From Methanomassiliicoccaceae archaeon (GTDB lineage: Archaea > Thermoplasmatota > Thermoplasmata > Methanomassiliicoccales > Methanomassiliicoccaceae), in the NCBI GenBank assembly GCA_963728405.1, contig CAVSJV010000007.1:256001-320000 (forward strand): 64,000 bases of DNA. Direction: 5' to 3'. Numbering within the stretch: the stretch's first letter is position 1; the number at the start of each line of letters is the position of its first letter. The position numbers were made by a program, and so were the translations under genes. This document shows, piece after piece, positions 39,937 through 50,959 of this stretch. The notes under the pieces are model-generated. The model had not been told where the DNA came from and did no database searches. It saw only the letters and a list, made by a program, of their open reading frames with translations.

Positions 39937-40641
39937 TTAAATGGTGCCCTTCAATATCTTTGTCTCCACATCGCCTTTGGTCCTTTCCGCTAATTTATTG
40001 AGAAAATCATCCCTCATGCCCGCCGGGAGCTCCACCACACCGATCCAGTTGCCGTTGGCTTGCCACTCGTCCTTGGTGATCTTGCCGGCCTGATTTATGT
40101 AATCATAACAGCGCCCGTATTGGTCGCCGGTCAATTTCACTGCGATACGGACCTTGTCGAATCGGATTGGGATCAGGGGTCGGAGCGCCTTCATCGTCGG
40201 CTCGATCTGCGATTCGACCGATTTGAAAGGGTCGATGTGGACACGAGCTTCCTCCATGGCCGCCTCTATGCGGGCTGGAGGGTGAGGCCCCCCGGTCTGG
40301 GGGTTGATGGCGTTTCGGGCGATCTCCGCGATGATGCGCTTCCTCTTGCTCTCCTGCATCTCCTTTCGCTGTTGGGTGGTGAGCTGTACCTCGCCCTTGA
40401 GGATGATATGCTTGGCGACATCGGTCGGATCATTGGTCCCAAAGACCTCATGGACCTTCTTCTCTTCCGGTCGGGTGCCTTTGTGGGCGTTGCGGAAGAT
40501 CTCGTCTATGACCATGTGGTCGGAGAGATCGACCTCCTTACCCTCCCGGATGAGGTTCACTACCTTTGGGTCGATAAGGATCTCGAAGGTCTCCCCATGA
40601 GATTCCAGCCTGGCGATTATGGCGTCCTCGATGTCGACCAT
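39937..40641 (-). CDS. Ribosome maturation factor SBDS/Sdo1
   Basis: [26 protein letters not shown]. Confidence 0.95.
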   Translation of the reverse strand: MVDIEDAIIARLESHGETFEILIDPKVVNLIREGKEVDLSDHMVIDEIFRNAHKGTRPEEKKVHEVFGTNDPTDVAKHIILKGEVQLTTQQRKEMQESKRKRIIAEIARNAINPQTGGPHPPARIEAAMEEARVHIDPFKSVESQIEPTMKALRPLIPIRFDKVRIAVKLTGDQYGRCYDYINQAGKITKDEWQANGNWIGVVELPAGMRDDFLNKLAERTKGDVETKILKGTI

Positions 40642-40653
40642 TCTAACACAGGC

Positions 40654-41376
40654 TTAAGCGGAGTTGGCCTTTTCAACTACAGCTTCGACCTCGCTGTCAT
40701 CCAGGCGACGGAAGTTTGCTCCTCTGCGGACGATGCCGATCTCCACGGACTTGGGGTTGAGCTTCTCTTCCTCAGTGGCCTTCTTGAGCGCCTTGAGCCC
40801 GAGGACGATCGCATCCTCGCTATCCATGTCTTCCTGGTATTGCTCCTCGAATACTTCCATGACCACATTGCGGCCGGCCCCGATGCTTCCTGCCTTATAG
40901 GAGACGAGCGCCCCGGAGGGATCGGTCTCGAACAGGTGTATGCCCTGGTCGTCCACGCCTGCCACTAGTAACGCCGTTCCGAAGGGCCTGACGCCCCCAT
41001 ACTGGGTGTAATTCTGCTTGAAGTCACAAATGCGCTTGACCAGCATTTCCACGCCGATACGCTCGTCGTAGGTGATCTTGCTAACTTGGGCGGTGACACG
41101 GGCATGGTCCACCAAGACTCTGGCGTCAGCCACAAGGCCGGAAGTGGCGCAGCCGACGTGCTCATCGATCTGGAAGATCTTCTCGATCGACTTGGGCTCC
41201 ATAAGACGGCTGGCGATGCGCTTGTCTACTATTAGGATGGCCCCATCCTTGAACTTCAAACCTACCGTGGTGGTGCCCCTCTTGACAGCCTCCCTCGCGT
41301 ATTCCACCTGGAATAACCTCCCATCAGGCGAGAACACGGTGATGGCCCGATCATATGCCATTTGTCCTGGTTGCAT
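40654..41376 (-). CDS. psmA: 20S proteasome alpha subunit
   Basis: YDRAITVFSPDGRLFQVEYAREAV, RPFG, TDPSG. Confidence 0.97.
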   Translation of the reverse strand: MQPGQMAYDRAITVFSPDGRLFQVEYAREAVKRGTTTVGLKFKDGAILIVDKRIASRLMEPKSIEKIFQIDEHVGCATSGLVADARVLVDHARVTAQVSKITYDERIGVEMLVKRICDFKQNYTQYGGVRPFGTALLVAGVDDQGIHLFETDPSGALVSYKAGSIGAGRNVVMEVFEEQYQEDMDSEDAIVLGLKALKKATEEEKLNPKSVEIGIVRRGANFRRLDDSEVEAVVEKANSA

Positions 41377-41494
41377 AATATCACTCCTAACTACGCAATT
41401 CTCATTAAAGCACTACTGCGATATATATCTTAATGCTTGCCTGGAATAAAAATTAGGGGGCCTCGCCCCCTTGAAAGTGGACACACTGGACTAG

Positions 41495-41791
41495 CTACTT
41501 TTTTGGGTAAAGGGCCCCTTCTCTCAGCGACCTGAGCGTCCCCGAGGCCCGGAGGGTTTCCAAACCTCTCTCAACCTGACCATTTATAGCGTCGGTCGCC
41601 CTGTGCTGGTCCGGCCCGGAGACCCGTATGATGCCCCTGCGGCCGTCGAACTGAATGACCTTGAACTTCACGCCCGACCTGGTTAGGGAAATGTTCAAGG
41701 AAGAAAGAAGGTCCTCGTCGGTCATCGGACGCTCTGATCGAACCCGAATCGCAATGTACCTTCTCCGACCCCTTTTGGATTTGACGACCAT
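41495..41791 (-). CDS. rnp2: RNase P protein component 2 (Rpp14/Pop5)
   Basis: RRRYIA, GIIRV, SGTLRSL; position upstream of psmA. Confidence 0.85.
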   Translation of the reverse strand: MVVKSKRGRRRYIAIRVRSERPMTDEDLLSSLNISLTRSGVKFKVIQFDGRRGIIRVSGPDQHRATDAINGQVERGLETLRASGTLRSLREGALYPKK

Positions 41792-41807
41792 CGGACATCT
41801 ACCCGCC

Positions 41808-42890
41808 TCAGCAAGATTCCTTGGACGGGAACATCGGGGACTTGACCCCGGTGATGACGACCAGTAGGCGGACCTTGCCCTTCAGCTCGGGCTCTATGGA
41901 GCACCCCCATATAATCCTTGCCCGTGGGCTCAGCCTTGAGGAGACCAACTCCGCGGCCTTCTCTGCCTCACTTACCGTCATGTCGGGACCGCCCTGCACT
42001 CTGATTAGGGCGCCATTGGCGGAGGCCATATTGATATCTCCCAACAATGGAGAGTTAAGCGCTTCCTGCACGGCCTGGGGAACCCTGTCCGAATCATCGG
42101 AACTCTCTCCCATGCCGATCATGGCCATGCCGCCGTTCTTCATGATGGTATTGATGTCGTTGAAATCCACATTGACCAGTCCGGGCTTGGTGACGACCTC
42201 GGTGATGCCCTTTATCCCGTGCATCAAGACCTCGTCCGCCACCTTAAAGGCCGCTTCAAGGGGTAGCTTGGGCACCATCTTCAAGAGCTGGTCGTTAAGA
42301 ATTACGATGGTCGTATCGCAGCTCTGCTGCAGGCGTTCCAATCCCTTCCGGGCGTTCTCCATGCGCAAGCGGCCTTCGGACTTGAAGGGCATGGTGACAA
42401 TGCCCAACGTCAGGGCGCCATAGCGCTTGGCGATCTCGGCCACATACGGTGCGGAACCGGTCCCCGTCCCGCCGCCCATGCCTGCGGTCACAAAGACCAC
42501 TTGGCGGCCGTCGATGTATTTGCGGATCTCTTCCTGGGCTTCCTCTGCAGAGGATCTTCCGACCTCCGGTATGGCTCCCGCCCCCAACCCCTTAGTGGTG
42601 AGCTTTCCGAGCAGGATCTTGTTGGGGGCTTGGATGTTGAGCAGGTGTCGCGCATCACTGTTGGCGGCGACCAGGGTCGCCCCCGCCACGCCGGCCGAGG
42701 TCAGGCGGTGAATGGTATTCGACCCTCCCCCGCCGCAGCCTACGATGGAGATCTTGATCTGTATCGATTCGACTAGCTTCCTTAGCTCCTCATCGTCCGC
42801 GCTCGCCGGGGTGACTCTTGCAAAGCGTGAATCCAAATTATCGCCGGAGGTCGAGCTAACGGCCCTATCCACTAACGAGTTCGTGTGCAT
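41808..42890 (-). CDS. ftsZ: Cell division protein FtsZ
   Basis: [35 protein letters not shown]. Confidence 0.96.
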   Translation of the reverse strand: MHTNSLVDRAVSSTSGDNLDSRFARVTPASADDEELRKLVESIQIKISIVGCGGGGSNTIHRLTSAGVAGATLVAANSDARHLLNIQAPNKILLGKLTTKGLGAGAIPEVGRSSAEEAQEEIRKYIDGRQVVFVTAGMGGGTGTGSAPYVAEIAKRYGALTLGIVTMPFKSEGRLRMENARKGLERLQQSCDTTIVILNDQLLKMVPKLPLEAAFKVADEVLMHGIKGITEVVTKPGLVNVDFNDINTIMKNGGMAMIGMGESSDDSDRVPQAVQEALNSPLLGDINMASANGALIRVQGGPDMTVSEAEKAAELVSSRLSPRARIIWGCSIEPELKGKVRLLVVITGVKSPMFPSKESC

Positions 42891-42964
42891 CCCTCTTTGA
42901 ATTGAATGAAGGTCCATCATGATGGCATTATAAAAATCTTATTAACAAGAATCTATCTGCCAGC

Positions 42965-43684
42965 TTATACAAACTCGAAGGCCGTCCCACAGACCCGACA
43001 CGAAATGTCCCCCTCGCCTAGCTCGGCCCCGCACTCCGGGCAGTGGTTTCCCAGAATGGTCCCGCAGGCGCAGGTCTCCGCGCCCACTGCGACCGGTCGG
43101 CCACATACTGGGCAGCCAGGGGGAGCAGGCTGCAGGAATCTTTCCCCGCAACGACCACAATATGTATCGCTCTCACTGACCTGGAATCCACAGGTCGGAC
43201 AGGAGAAGCTCCCGCCTTCGGTAACGAAGATGACCCCACATGAGCAGCCGGTCGCCCCCTCTTCCAGCTCCATGCCGCATGCTGGACAGGGGTTCGCAGG
43301 CACATTTTCCTTCTCGATCTTGCTCTCTTCCTCGGATGGTGATGCTTCCGGGATGGGCGGTTGGACATAGTCACGAGTGGTGGTGCTCTCCCATCCCTTT
43401 ATGGCAACGGTCCGCCGACAATAAGGGCAGTTACCAACTCGGGCTAGACATATCGAGTGAAAGACCCTCCCGGACGTACATCGTACGTATTCGGTCCCCT
43501 CTTTGATCTTGCCCATGCAGATTTGGCATATCTCCGGTTGGACCTTCGGACCGGTGACTTGGACCCGCGGTCGGCCTTTTGGCTCCTGAGGGCCCTGGTC
43601 CGGGGCGTTGCCCACGTAGATGTATCTCTTGAACAGCTTCCCGAAACCGGAGCCGGTCAACAATGCACCTATGGGTAGGAACAT
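42965..43684 (-). CDS. RING-like finger plus multiple (double) zinc-ribbon protein
   Basis: CQIC-x12-C-x6-H-x2-C-x6-CPYC, then four CxxCG...CxCG/CxxCG ribbon units; start uncertain. Confidence 0.75.
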   Translation of the reverse strand: MFLPIGALLTGSGFGKLFKRYIYVGNAPDQGPQEPKGRPRVQVTGPKVQPEICQICMGKIKEGTEYVRCTSGRVFHSICLARVGNCPYCRRTVAIKGWESTTTRDYVQPPIPEASPSEEESKIEKENVPANPCPACGMELEEGATGCSCGVIFVTEGGSFSCPTCGFQVSESDTYCGRCGERFLQPAPPGCPVCGRPVAVGAETCACGTILGNHCPECGAELGEGDISCRVCGTAFEFV

Positions 43685-43914
43685 CTCCAACACGAACGGT
43701 CGAAGCTGTTGGGATTTAAGGAGATTGCTTTCTAATTTGGCGCGCTGATAATAATGCCTGGTGGCCCTCTTGTTTATTCTACGAATAGGTAAAAGACGAA
43801 CGTTCGTATTTTTTTCAGACAGGTATCGAAACATTTTTAACTAACCGTGCCGAAGTGGGTGATAAATCGAGGAAAGGGAGCAATCTACGATATGTTAATA
43901 TACGAACATTCCAT

Positions 43915-44179
43915 TTCCCGCAAAAAGCACCCAAGCCATGAGCCGTGTTCACATGCTAACAATGAGCGGCACAGGGTAATAGGCAGCTGTTTGTCCGGGC
44001 TGTGGGTTTCGAACGGGTGCGATCCAATAAGGTTGCCGCGCCCGGGAACTGGAGGATTCATGCTCGGTAGCGGGATAGTAATTAACCCCGTAAAGGGGGT
44101 CAAGCTGGCCGATAGACGTGAATATTGTATATCATCTACGGACGAATTATCGATGAAGAAGAATTTTGGAGGAGCCTGA
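43915..44179 (+). promoter_or_regulatory. Long structured leader upstream of hdrA
   Basis: UCCCGC/GCGGGA, GCACCC/GGGUGC, alternative CGGGUGCG/CGCGCCCG, further hairpins; TATA-like TTAATATA near 43895. Confidence 0.45.
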
Positions 44180-47100
44180 ATGTCGGATAAGACGGGTGCA
44201 GTAATGGTCGTCGGAGGGGGTATCTCCGGCGTACAGACCGCGTTGGACCTTGCGGAGTCAGGGTTCCAGGTCTACCTGATTGAGAAGACGCCAAGCATCG
44301 GTGGAGTGATGTCCCAGCTGGACAAGACCTTCCCGACAAACGATTGTTCGATGTGCATTCTTTCGCCTAAATTGGTGGAGGCATCTAGACACCCCCTCAT
44401 CAACCTCATGACCTTGTCTGAGGTAACCGAGGTTGGTGGAGAGGCGCCTAACTTTAAGGTGAAGGTACGCCACAACCCCCGCTACGTCAGCATGGACAAG
44501 TGCGTGGGATGCGGCATCTGTGCCGAGAAGTGTCCAGTAAAGGTGCCGAACGAGTACGATGCAAGCCTGGTCAACAGGAAGGCGATACACATCCCCTTCG
44601 CCCAGGCTGTGCCGCTGAAGTACTCGATCGATGCATCGAAGTGTCTTAAGCTCACTAAGGGTCGCTGCGGACTTTGCGAGAAGAACTGCCCGGCCGGAGC
44701 GATCAACTATGAAGATAAGGCCGTGGATGAGACCCTAGATGTTGGAGCGATCGTTCTCGCTCCCGGATTCTCGGTCTTCGACGCTCGCCTGAAGAAGGAG
44801 TACGGCTACGGCGAGTACGCTAACGTCGTGACCTCCCTTGAGTTCGAGAGGTTCCTGAGCGCCACCGGCCCCTATGGTGGCCATGTGGTCCGGCCCTCTG
44901 ACCAGAAGGCCCCCAAGAAGGTCGCTTTCCTGCAGTGCGTCGGTTCCAGGGACGAGAAGGTGGGCAACACCTACTGTTCCTCCGTCTGCTGCATGTACGC
45001 CATGAAGCAGGCCATCATCGCCGGTGAGCACACCGCTGGACTGAAGCCAGTCATCTTCTTCATGGACATCAGGGCCGTTGGCAAGGAGTTCGAGGACTAC
45101 CGCGCCAGGGCCGAGAAGGAGTACGGCATTGAGATGCACCGCTCCTCTAGGGTAGCCAATGTCCTGGAAGACCCCGTGACCAAGAACCTCACCCTCCGCT
45201 ACTCTGATAGCAGTGGCAACGTGGCCGAGGAAGAGTTCGACCTGGTAGTGTTGTCCCTAGGTCTGGAACCGCCAAAGAACTCCGAGACCATCGGCAAGGT
45301 CTTCGGCGTGAACCTGAATAAGTTCGGGTTCGCCGGTACCAATGTCTACAGCCCTCTGACCTCCAGCCGCCCCGGCGTGTTCGTGACCGGCGCTTTCGCA
45401 GCGCCCAAGGATATCCCGACCTCGGTGGCCGAAGCTTCGGGAGCCGCGGCCAAGGCCGGTGCCTATATCTCTAACCGGAGGGGACATCTCGCCGAGGAAA
45501 AGAAGGCCGAGATCGACTGTCGAAGGACAAGAGCCCCGTATCGGTGTCTTCGTCTGCGACTGCGGTATCAACATCAAGGGGACCGTGAACTGTACCGTCA
45601 GTGGTCGACTACGTCAAGACCCTGCCGAACGTGGTCTATGCAGAGGAGAACAAGTACACCTGCTCCGCCGATACCCAGGAGCATATCAAGGACCTGATCA
45701 AGAAGGAGAAGCTCAACCGGGTCGTGGTCGCCTCGTGCACTCCCCGTACCCATGAGCCTCTGTTCATGAGCACTCTGAAGGAAGCGGGCTTGAACCCCTA
45801 CCTCTTCGAGATGGCCAACATCCGTGACCAGTGCTCCTGGATCCATATGGGCGAGCCCGAGAAGGCCACCCAGAAGTCCAAGGACCTTGTAAGGATGGCC
45901 GTGGCCAAGTCCCGGCTGCTGGAGCCCCTGTATGAGTCGAAGCTGCCGGTCACTCACTCATCTATAGTGATCGGAGGAGGCGTCTCTGGAATGACCGCTG
46001 CCCTGGACATCGCTGCTCAGGGATTCCACGTGGACCTCATCGAGAGGACCGGGGAACTTGGCGGAAATGCCATGAAGATCTACCATGAGGAGGATGGCCG
46101 CAAGCTCCGTGAGTTCGCCAAGGAACTCATCACCCGGGTACGGAATAACAAGAACATCACCGTGCACCTAGACACCAACGTCCAGGACGTCGGTGGGTTC
46201 GTCGGGAACTTCAAGGTAAAGACCACCGCCGGCGAGATTGAGACCGGTAGCATTGTGGTCGCCGTGGGCGCCGAGGAGTACAAGCCCAAGGAGTTCCTGT
46301 ATGGGCAGGATAAGAGGGTCGTCACCCAGCTGGAGCTGGAGGACCAGATGCAGAAGGGACCTGTAGCCGCCAAGAAGATCGCAATGATCCAATGTGTTGG
46401 TTCCAGGAATGCTGAGGCACCCTTCTGCAGCAGGGTCTGCTGTGCCAACGCCGTCAAGAACGCCATCAACTTGAAGAAGGCCAACCCGAAGTCCGATGTG
46501 TATGTGTTCCACAAGGACATCAGGACATATGGCTTCCGCGAGGAGCTGTACAAGGAGGCCGGCCAGGTCGGCGTCAAGTTCGTCAGGGTACCCGAGGACA
46601 AGCCCCCCATGGTCACCAAGGAGGGCGACAGCCTGAAGCTCGTGGCCACCGACACAATACTGGGCGATGACATCATGCTCACTCCCGACATGGTGGTCCT
46701 GAGCACTGGTATCCGTCCGCACCACGACAATGAGGAACTGGCCAAGATGCTCAAGGTGCCTCTCAGCAAGGACAAGTACTTCCTTGAGGCCCACATGAAG
46801 CTCAGGCCGGTCGACTTTGCCACCAACGGCATCTACCTCGCGGGTCTGGCCCATTGGCCAAAGTTCACCGATGAGGCCATCGCCCAGGCGTCCGGAGCGG
46901 CCGCCCGTGCAATGACCATTATCTCCAAGCCCGAGCTGAAGAGCGAGGGAGTGATTGCCGCGGTAAACGAGGACCTCTGCGACGGCTGCGCTATTTGCGA
47001 GCCGGTTTGCGAGTACAAGGCCATCACCATCGTGGCGGACCCCAAGAACCCTGAGAAGAAGAAGGCCATCGTCAACGAAGGTCTGTGCAAGGGCTGTGGC

Positions 47101-47202
47101 TGCTGCGTTGCGGCCTGCCCGTCTGGCTCCATGGAGCAGAGGGGCTTCAAGAACTCGCAGATAATCGCCGCGATCGATGCCGCCCTCGAGGAGAGTGAGT
47201 GA
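44180..47202 (+). CDS. hdrA: Heterodisulfide reductase subunit A-like flavoprotein, about 1006 aa with two FAD modules, two +1 frameshifts (45518, 45591)
   Basis: GGGISG, LDKTFPTNDC, ferredoxin CxxCxxC, QCVGSRD, RIGVFVCDCG, ANIRDQCSW, EAHMKLRPV, C-terminal 2x[4Fe-4S]. Confidence 0.92.
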
Positions 47203-47204
47203 AC

Positions 47205-47711
47205 ATGTCATCAGTACAACACGGACACGAGACCGCCGCTCCGGCGGCCAAACCGGCAGAGGGCCAGTTCGAGCCTAAGATCATCGCCTTCTGCTGCAAT
47301 TGGTGCTCCTATGCAGGGGCCGACCTGGCGGGTGTGTCCAGGCTGCAGATGCCGACCAACTTCTTGGTCATCAGGGCCATGTGCTCTGCCAGGGTGGACC
47401 CGGAGTTCGTTCTCCGGGCCTTCGCGAAGGGCGCCGATGGTGTCCTCGTCCTTGGCTGCCACCCAGCGGACTGCCACTACATCGGTGGCAACTATCGTAC
47501 CAGGAGAAGGATCGCTCTGCTCAAGATGCTGCTGGAGCAGTACGGACTTGACCCTGACAGGCTCGAGCTCAAGTGGGTCTCCGCCTCTGAGGGTGTAATA
47601 TTCCAGTCGACGATCAAGGAGTTCACCGAGAAGATCAGGGAGATGGGCCCCAACCCGCTCAAGGAGGCCGAGGAAGAGCGGCCCCATGGGCGCGGAGGAT
47701 CGCATCACTAG
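47205..47711 (+). CDS. mvhD: F420-non-reducing hydrogenase subunit D ([2Fe-2S])
   Basis: FCCNWCSYAGAD, MCSARV, GCHPADCHY, WVSASEG. Confidence 0.96.
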   Translation: MSSVQHGHETAAPAAKPAEGQFEPKIIAFCCNWCSYAGADLAGVSRLQMPTNFLVIRAMCSARVDPEFVLRAFAKGADGVLVLGCHPADCHYIGGNYRTRRRIALLKMLLEQYGLDPDRLELKWVSASEGVIFQSTIKEFTEKIREMGPNPLKEAEEERPHGRGGSHH

Positions 47712-47728
47712 GAGGATAGGTGGAATTC

Positions 47729-48739
47729 ATGGCAAAAGTCAAGATAGCACAATATTGGGGCGCCGGGTGCGGAGGCTGCGATGTAGCCCTCCTGGACATC
47801 GACGAGAAGATCCTTGGAGTCGCCGAGATGGCAGACATCGTGTTCTGGCCTATCGCAGTGGACACCAAGCTCAAGGACGTCGAGGCAATGCCCGACAAGA
47901 GCATCACCGTAACTCTGTACAACGGTGCGATCAGGAACAGCGAGAACGAGCACGTGGCCCGCCTGCTCAGGCAGAAGTCGGCCATCGTGGTGTCCTTTGG
48001 TTCCTGCGCCTGCTTCGGTGGTATCCCCGGGCTGGCCAATGTGACCAACAAGAAAGACCTGATGGACTATGTCTATAACCAGACCTTCTCCAGCATCAAC
48101 CCCGAGCACACCCGGCCACTCCCGAAGTGGGAGGGACCGGAGGGCGAGCTGGAGCTGCCTACGATGTACGACACGGTCCTCACTCTCGATGACGTAATCG
48201 ATGTGGACTACTACATGCCTGGCTGCCCGCCTACCACGGACCAGATCAATGCGTTCTTGTCCGTAGTGGAGAAGCATGTCAAGGAAGGGGCACCTCTGCC
48301 TCCGAAGGGCGCGGTCATCGCATCCCAGAAGACCCTGTGCGACGAGTGCGGCAGGACCAAGGATGTCAAGACCATCGACAAGATCGTCATGCCCTATGAG
48401 ATCGAGATCGACCCCAAGAAGTGCATGCTCGAACAGGGCGTCATCTGTCTCGGACCGGCCACCAGGGCCGGCTGCGGGGCGAAGTGCCTGCAGGCCAACC
48501 AGCCTTGCCGTGGATGCATGGGCCCGACCGCCGGGGTCATGGACCAGGGCGGCTCGATGCTGAGCGCTCTTGCCTCGGTCTTCAGGACCGCTGACAACGA
48601 AACCCAGCTGACTGAGGATGAGATCCTTACTCTGATGACCCAGATCAAGGACCCGCTGGGAACGTTCTATGCGTTCACCATGCCCAAGTCCATTATCAAG
48701 CGGAAAGTGAAGGAAAAGAAGGCAGGTGTTAAGCAATGA
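47729..48739 (+). CDS. mvhG: F420-non-reducing hydrogenase small subunit
   Basis: CGGC, GSCACFGGIPG, PGCPP, CLGPATRAGCGAKC, PCRGC. Confidence 0.95.
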   Translation: MAKVKIAQYWGAGCGGCDVALLDIDEKILGVAEMADIVFWPIAVDTKLKDVEAMPDKSITVTLYNGAIRNSENEHVARLLRQKSAIVVSFGSCACFGGIPGLANVTNKKDLMDYVYNQTFSSINPEHTRPLPKWEGPEGELELPTMYDTVLTLDDVIDVDYYMPGCPPTTDQINAFLSVVEKHVKEGAPLPPKGAVIASQKTLCDECGRTKDVKTIDKIVMPYEIEIDPKKCMLEQGVICLGPATRAGCGAKCLQANQPCRGCMGPTAGVMDQGGSMLSALASVFRTADNETQLTEDEILTLMTQIKDPLGTFYAFTMPKSIIKRKVKEKKAGVKQ

Positions 48740-50250
48740 CCGGTCCGATAATCAGTGAACCGACTCACAAGTCTGAGTCGAAGAGGATCACCATCGACCC
48801 CATCACCAGACTGGAAGGTCACGGCAAGATCGAGATCTTCCTGAACGATGAGGGAAATGTAGCCCAGGCCTACTGGCAGGTGCCGGAGCTCAGAGGCTTC
48901 GAGAAGTTCTGCATCGGTAGGTCCGTCGACGAGCTGAACAAGATCACCCCCCGTCTATGCGGTGTTTGCCCCGGCGCACACCACCTCGCCGCCACCAAGG
49001 CGCTGGATGGTGTGTTCAAGACCACGCCCCCCTCTGCCGGAAGGAAGCTCCGTGAGCTGTTCTATGCCGCTCACTACGTGCACAGCCACATCGCTCACTT
49101 CTATGCCTTGGCGGCTGCGGACTTCGTCCTAGGGCCAATGGCTCCGGCCGAGAAGAGGAACATCCTTGGCGTAGTGGAAGCGGTGGGCGTTAACATCGGC
49201 GCCGAGGTCATCAAGCACAGGTCCTGGGCCCAGAAGGTCCAGGAAATGATGGGTGGCAAGGCTACCCACCCGGTGTGCGGTATCCCCGGCGGCATGTCCA
49301 AGCCCCTGTCCGAGGATGAGAGGAAGCAGGTCGAGGTATGGGCGAAGTCCACCGTGGAGTTCTCCAAGTTCACCGCCCAGCTCCTCACCGACGTGGTGCT
49401 CAAGAACGAGGATTATCTCGCCCTGATCACCAACCCTGGCATCTACTACAACGAGACCTACTACATGGGTCTGGTAGACAAGGACAACAAGATCAACTTC
49501 TACGACGGTGACCTCAGGGTCGTCGACCAGAAGGGCAAGGAGATGTGGAAGTTCAGCCCCGAGAAGTATCTCGAATACATCGGGGAGCATGTTGAGCCGT
49601 GGTCCTACGAAAAGTTCTGCTACCAGAAGAAGATCGGCTGGAAGGGCTTCACCGATGGCCCCGAGAGCGGCATCTATCGGTGCGCTCCGCTGGCCAGGAT
49701 CAACGCCTCTACTGGGTTCACCACCCCCCTTGCACAGGACTATTTCCTTCAGATGAAGGACTTCTTCAAGGGTCTTGGTGTCACCGGACCTATCCACCAC
49801 ACCATGGTCATGCATTGGGCCAGGGTCATCGAACTGGTCCACGCGGCCGAACTAATGGTTCAGCTGTCTCAGGACCCCGAGATCACCAGCAAGGACATCA
49901 AGAACCCCGTTGGCGAGCCTGGCGAGGGTATCGGATGCCTCGAGGCGCCCCGTGGCGTGCTCATCCACCACTATGTGGCGGACAAGAACGGCATAACTAC
50001 TGATGTCAACCTCGTGGTCGGCACCACCAACAACAACGCCCCCATCAACCTGTCCGTCAGGCAGGCTGCCAAGGCATTGATCAAGAACTGGCAGGTGTCT
50101 CCCGGTATCCTGAACGAGGTCGAGATGGCCTACCGGGCCTACGATCCATGCAATTCCTGCGCCACCCATACCCTGCCCGGCCAGATGCCCCTCAGGGCCG
50201 TGATCAGGAACCCCGATGGCTCGGTGTTCAAGGAGATCAAGAACTTCTAA
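48736..50250 (+). CDS. mvhA: F420-non-reducing [NiFe] hydrogenase large subunit (group 3c, Cys not Sec)
   Basis: ITRLEGHG, RGFE, RLCGVC (L1), EAPRG, YDPCNSCATH (L2) with cleavable tail. Confidence 0.96.
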   Translation: MTGPIISEPTHKSESKRITIDPITRLEGHGKIEIFLNDEGNVAQAYWQVPELRGFEKFCIGRSVDELNKITPRLCGVCPGAHHLAATKALDGVFKTTPPSAGRKLRELFYAAHYVHSHIAHFYALAAADFVLGPMAPAEKRNILGVVEAVGVNIGAEVIKHRSWAQKVQEMMGGKATHPVCGIPGGMSKPLSEDERKQVEVWAKSTVEFSKFTAQLLTDVVLKNEDYLALITNPGIYYNETYYMGLVDKDNKINFYDGDLRVVDQKGKEMWKFSPEKYLEYIGEHVEPWSYEKFCYQKKIGWKGFTDGPESGIYRCAPLARINASTGFTTPLAQDYFLQMKDFFKGLGVTGPIHHTMVMHWARVIELVHAAELMVQLSQDPEITSKDIKNPVGEPGEGIGCLEAPRGVLIHHYVADKNGITTDVNLVVGTTNNNAPINLSVRQAAKALIKNWQVSPGILNEVEMAYRAYDPCNSCATHTLPGQMPLRAVIRNPDGSVFKEIKNF

Positions 50251-50340
50251 ACCTTTTCCGACGAAACCCTTTCCCTTTCACATTTTTCATCATCTTCTTA
50301 TGCGAAATCATCAACTATTTTGTAGGCGGTTCCTGGGCTC

Positions 50341-50956
50341 ATGGCCAAGATCGATCTGAAGATAGGAGCTGGGAGACCTTTATGGTGCCCATGGGGACCC
50401 AGCAATGATCACCGTACCGCCCATGAACTATCTCATGGTCGACGGGGAGGGCGATCCTGGGAACAGCATCCCTTATCAGCAGGCGATCGAGGTCCTATAC
50501 GGCCTTTCGTTCACGGTCAAGTTCATGCTCAAGAAAGAGGACGGGACCGATTATGGGGTCCTTCCCCTCGAGGGCCTTTGGTGGGCCGATGACATGGACA
50601 GCTTCGTGCTCGACGCTCGGGACAAGTGGAAATGGACATCCATGATCATGCAGCCGGAAATGGTCACCTCTGAGCATATGGGTCAGGCCATGTTCGAACT
50701 GAAACGCAAGAAGGACCCTCCCGCCCTGCCCAAGGTGAGATTTGAGCGATATGATGAAGGCCTCAGTGCCCAGGTCATGCATGTTGGCCCGTATGCGGAG
50801 GAGCGGCCGACGATCGAGCGCTTGCACGCTTTCATCGAGGAACAGGGATGCGAGCGGAGCGGCAAGCACCATGAGATCTATCTTAGTGATCCGCGCAAGG
50901 CTAAACCGGAGAAGCTCAGGACGATCCTGCGGCAGCCGATCAAGAGACTTGATTAG
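50341..50956 (+). CDS. GyrI-like small-molecule-binding protein, +1 frameshift near 50363
   Basis: MAKIDLK...LY...DGEGDP, PLEGLWW, HVGPY, HHEIYLSDPR, TILRQP. Confidence 0.85.
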
Positions 50957-50959
50957 TCT

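Noticed and set aside
41478-41490. TGGACACAC matching part of the glnA/glnK 14-mer, downstream of rnp2
   Set aside because: Only 9 nt match and the flanking hairpin and GCGGGC are absent; this is expected by chance.
43869-43880. GAGGAAAG resembling the RNase P RNA P4 5' strand
   Set aside because: It is not followed by UCC/NUC and has no matching 3' AACAGAA...GGCUUA element.
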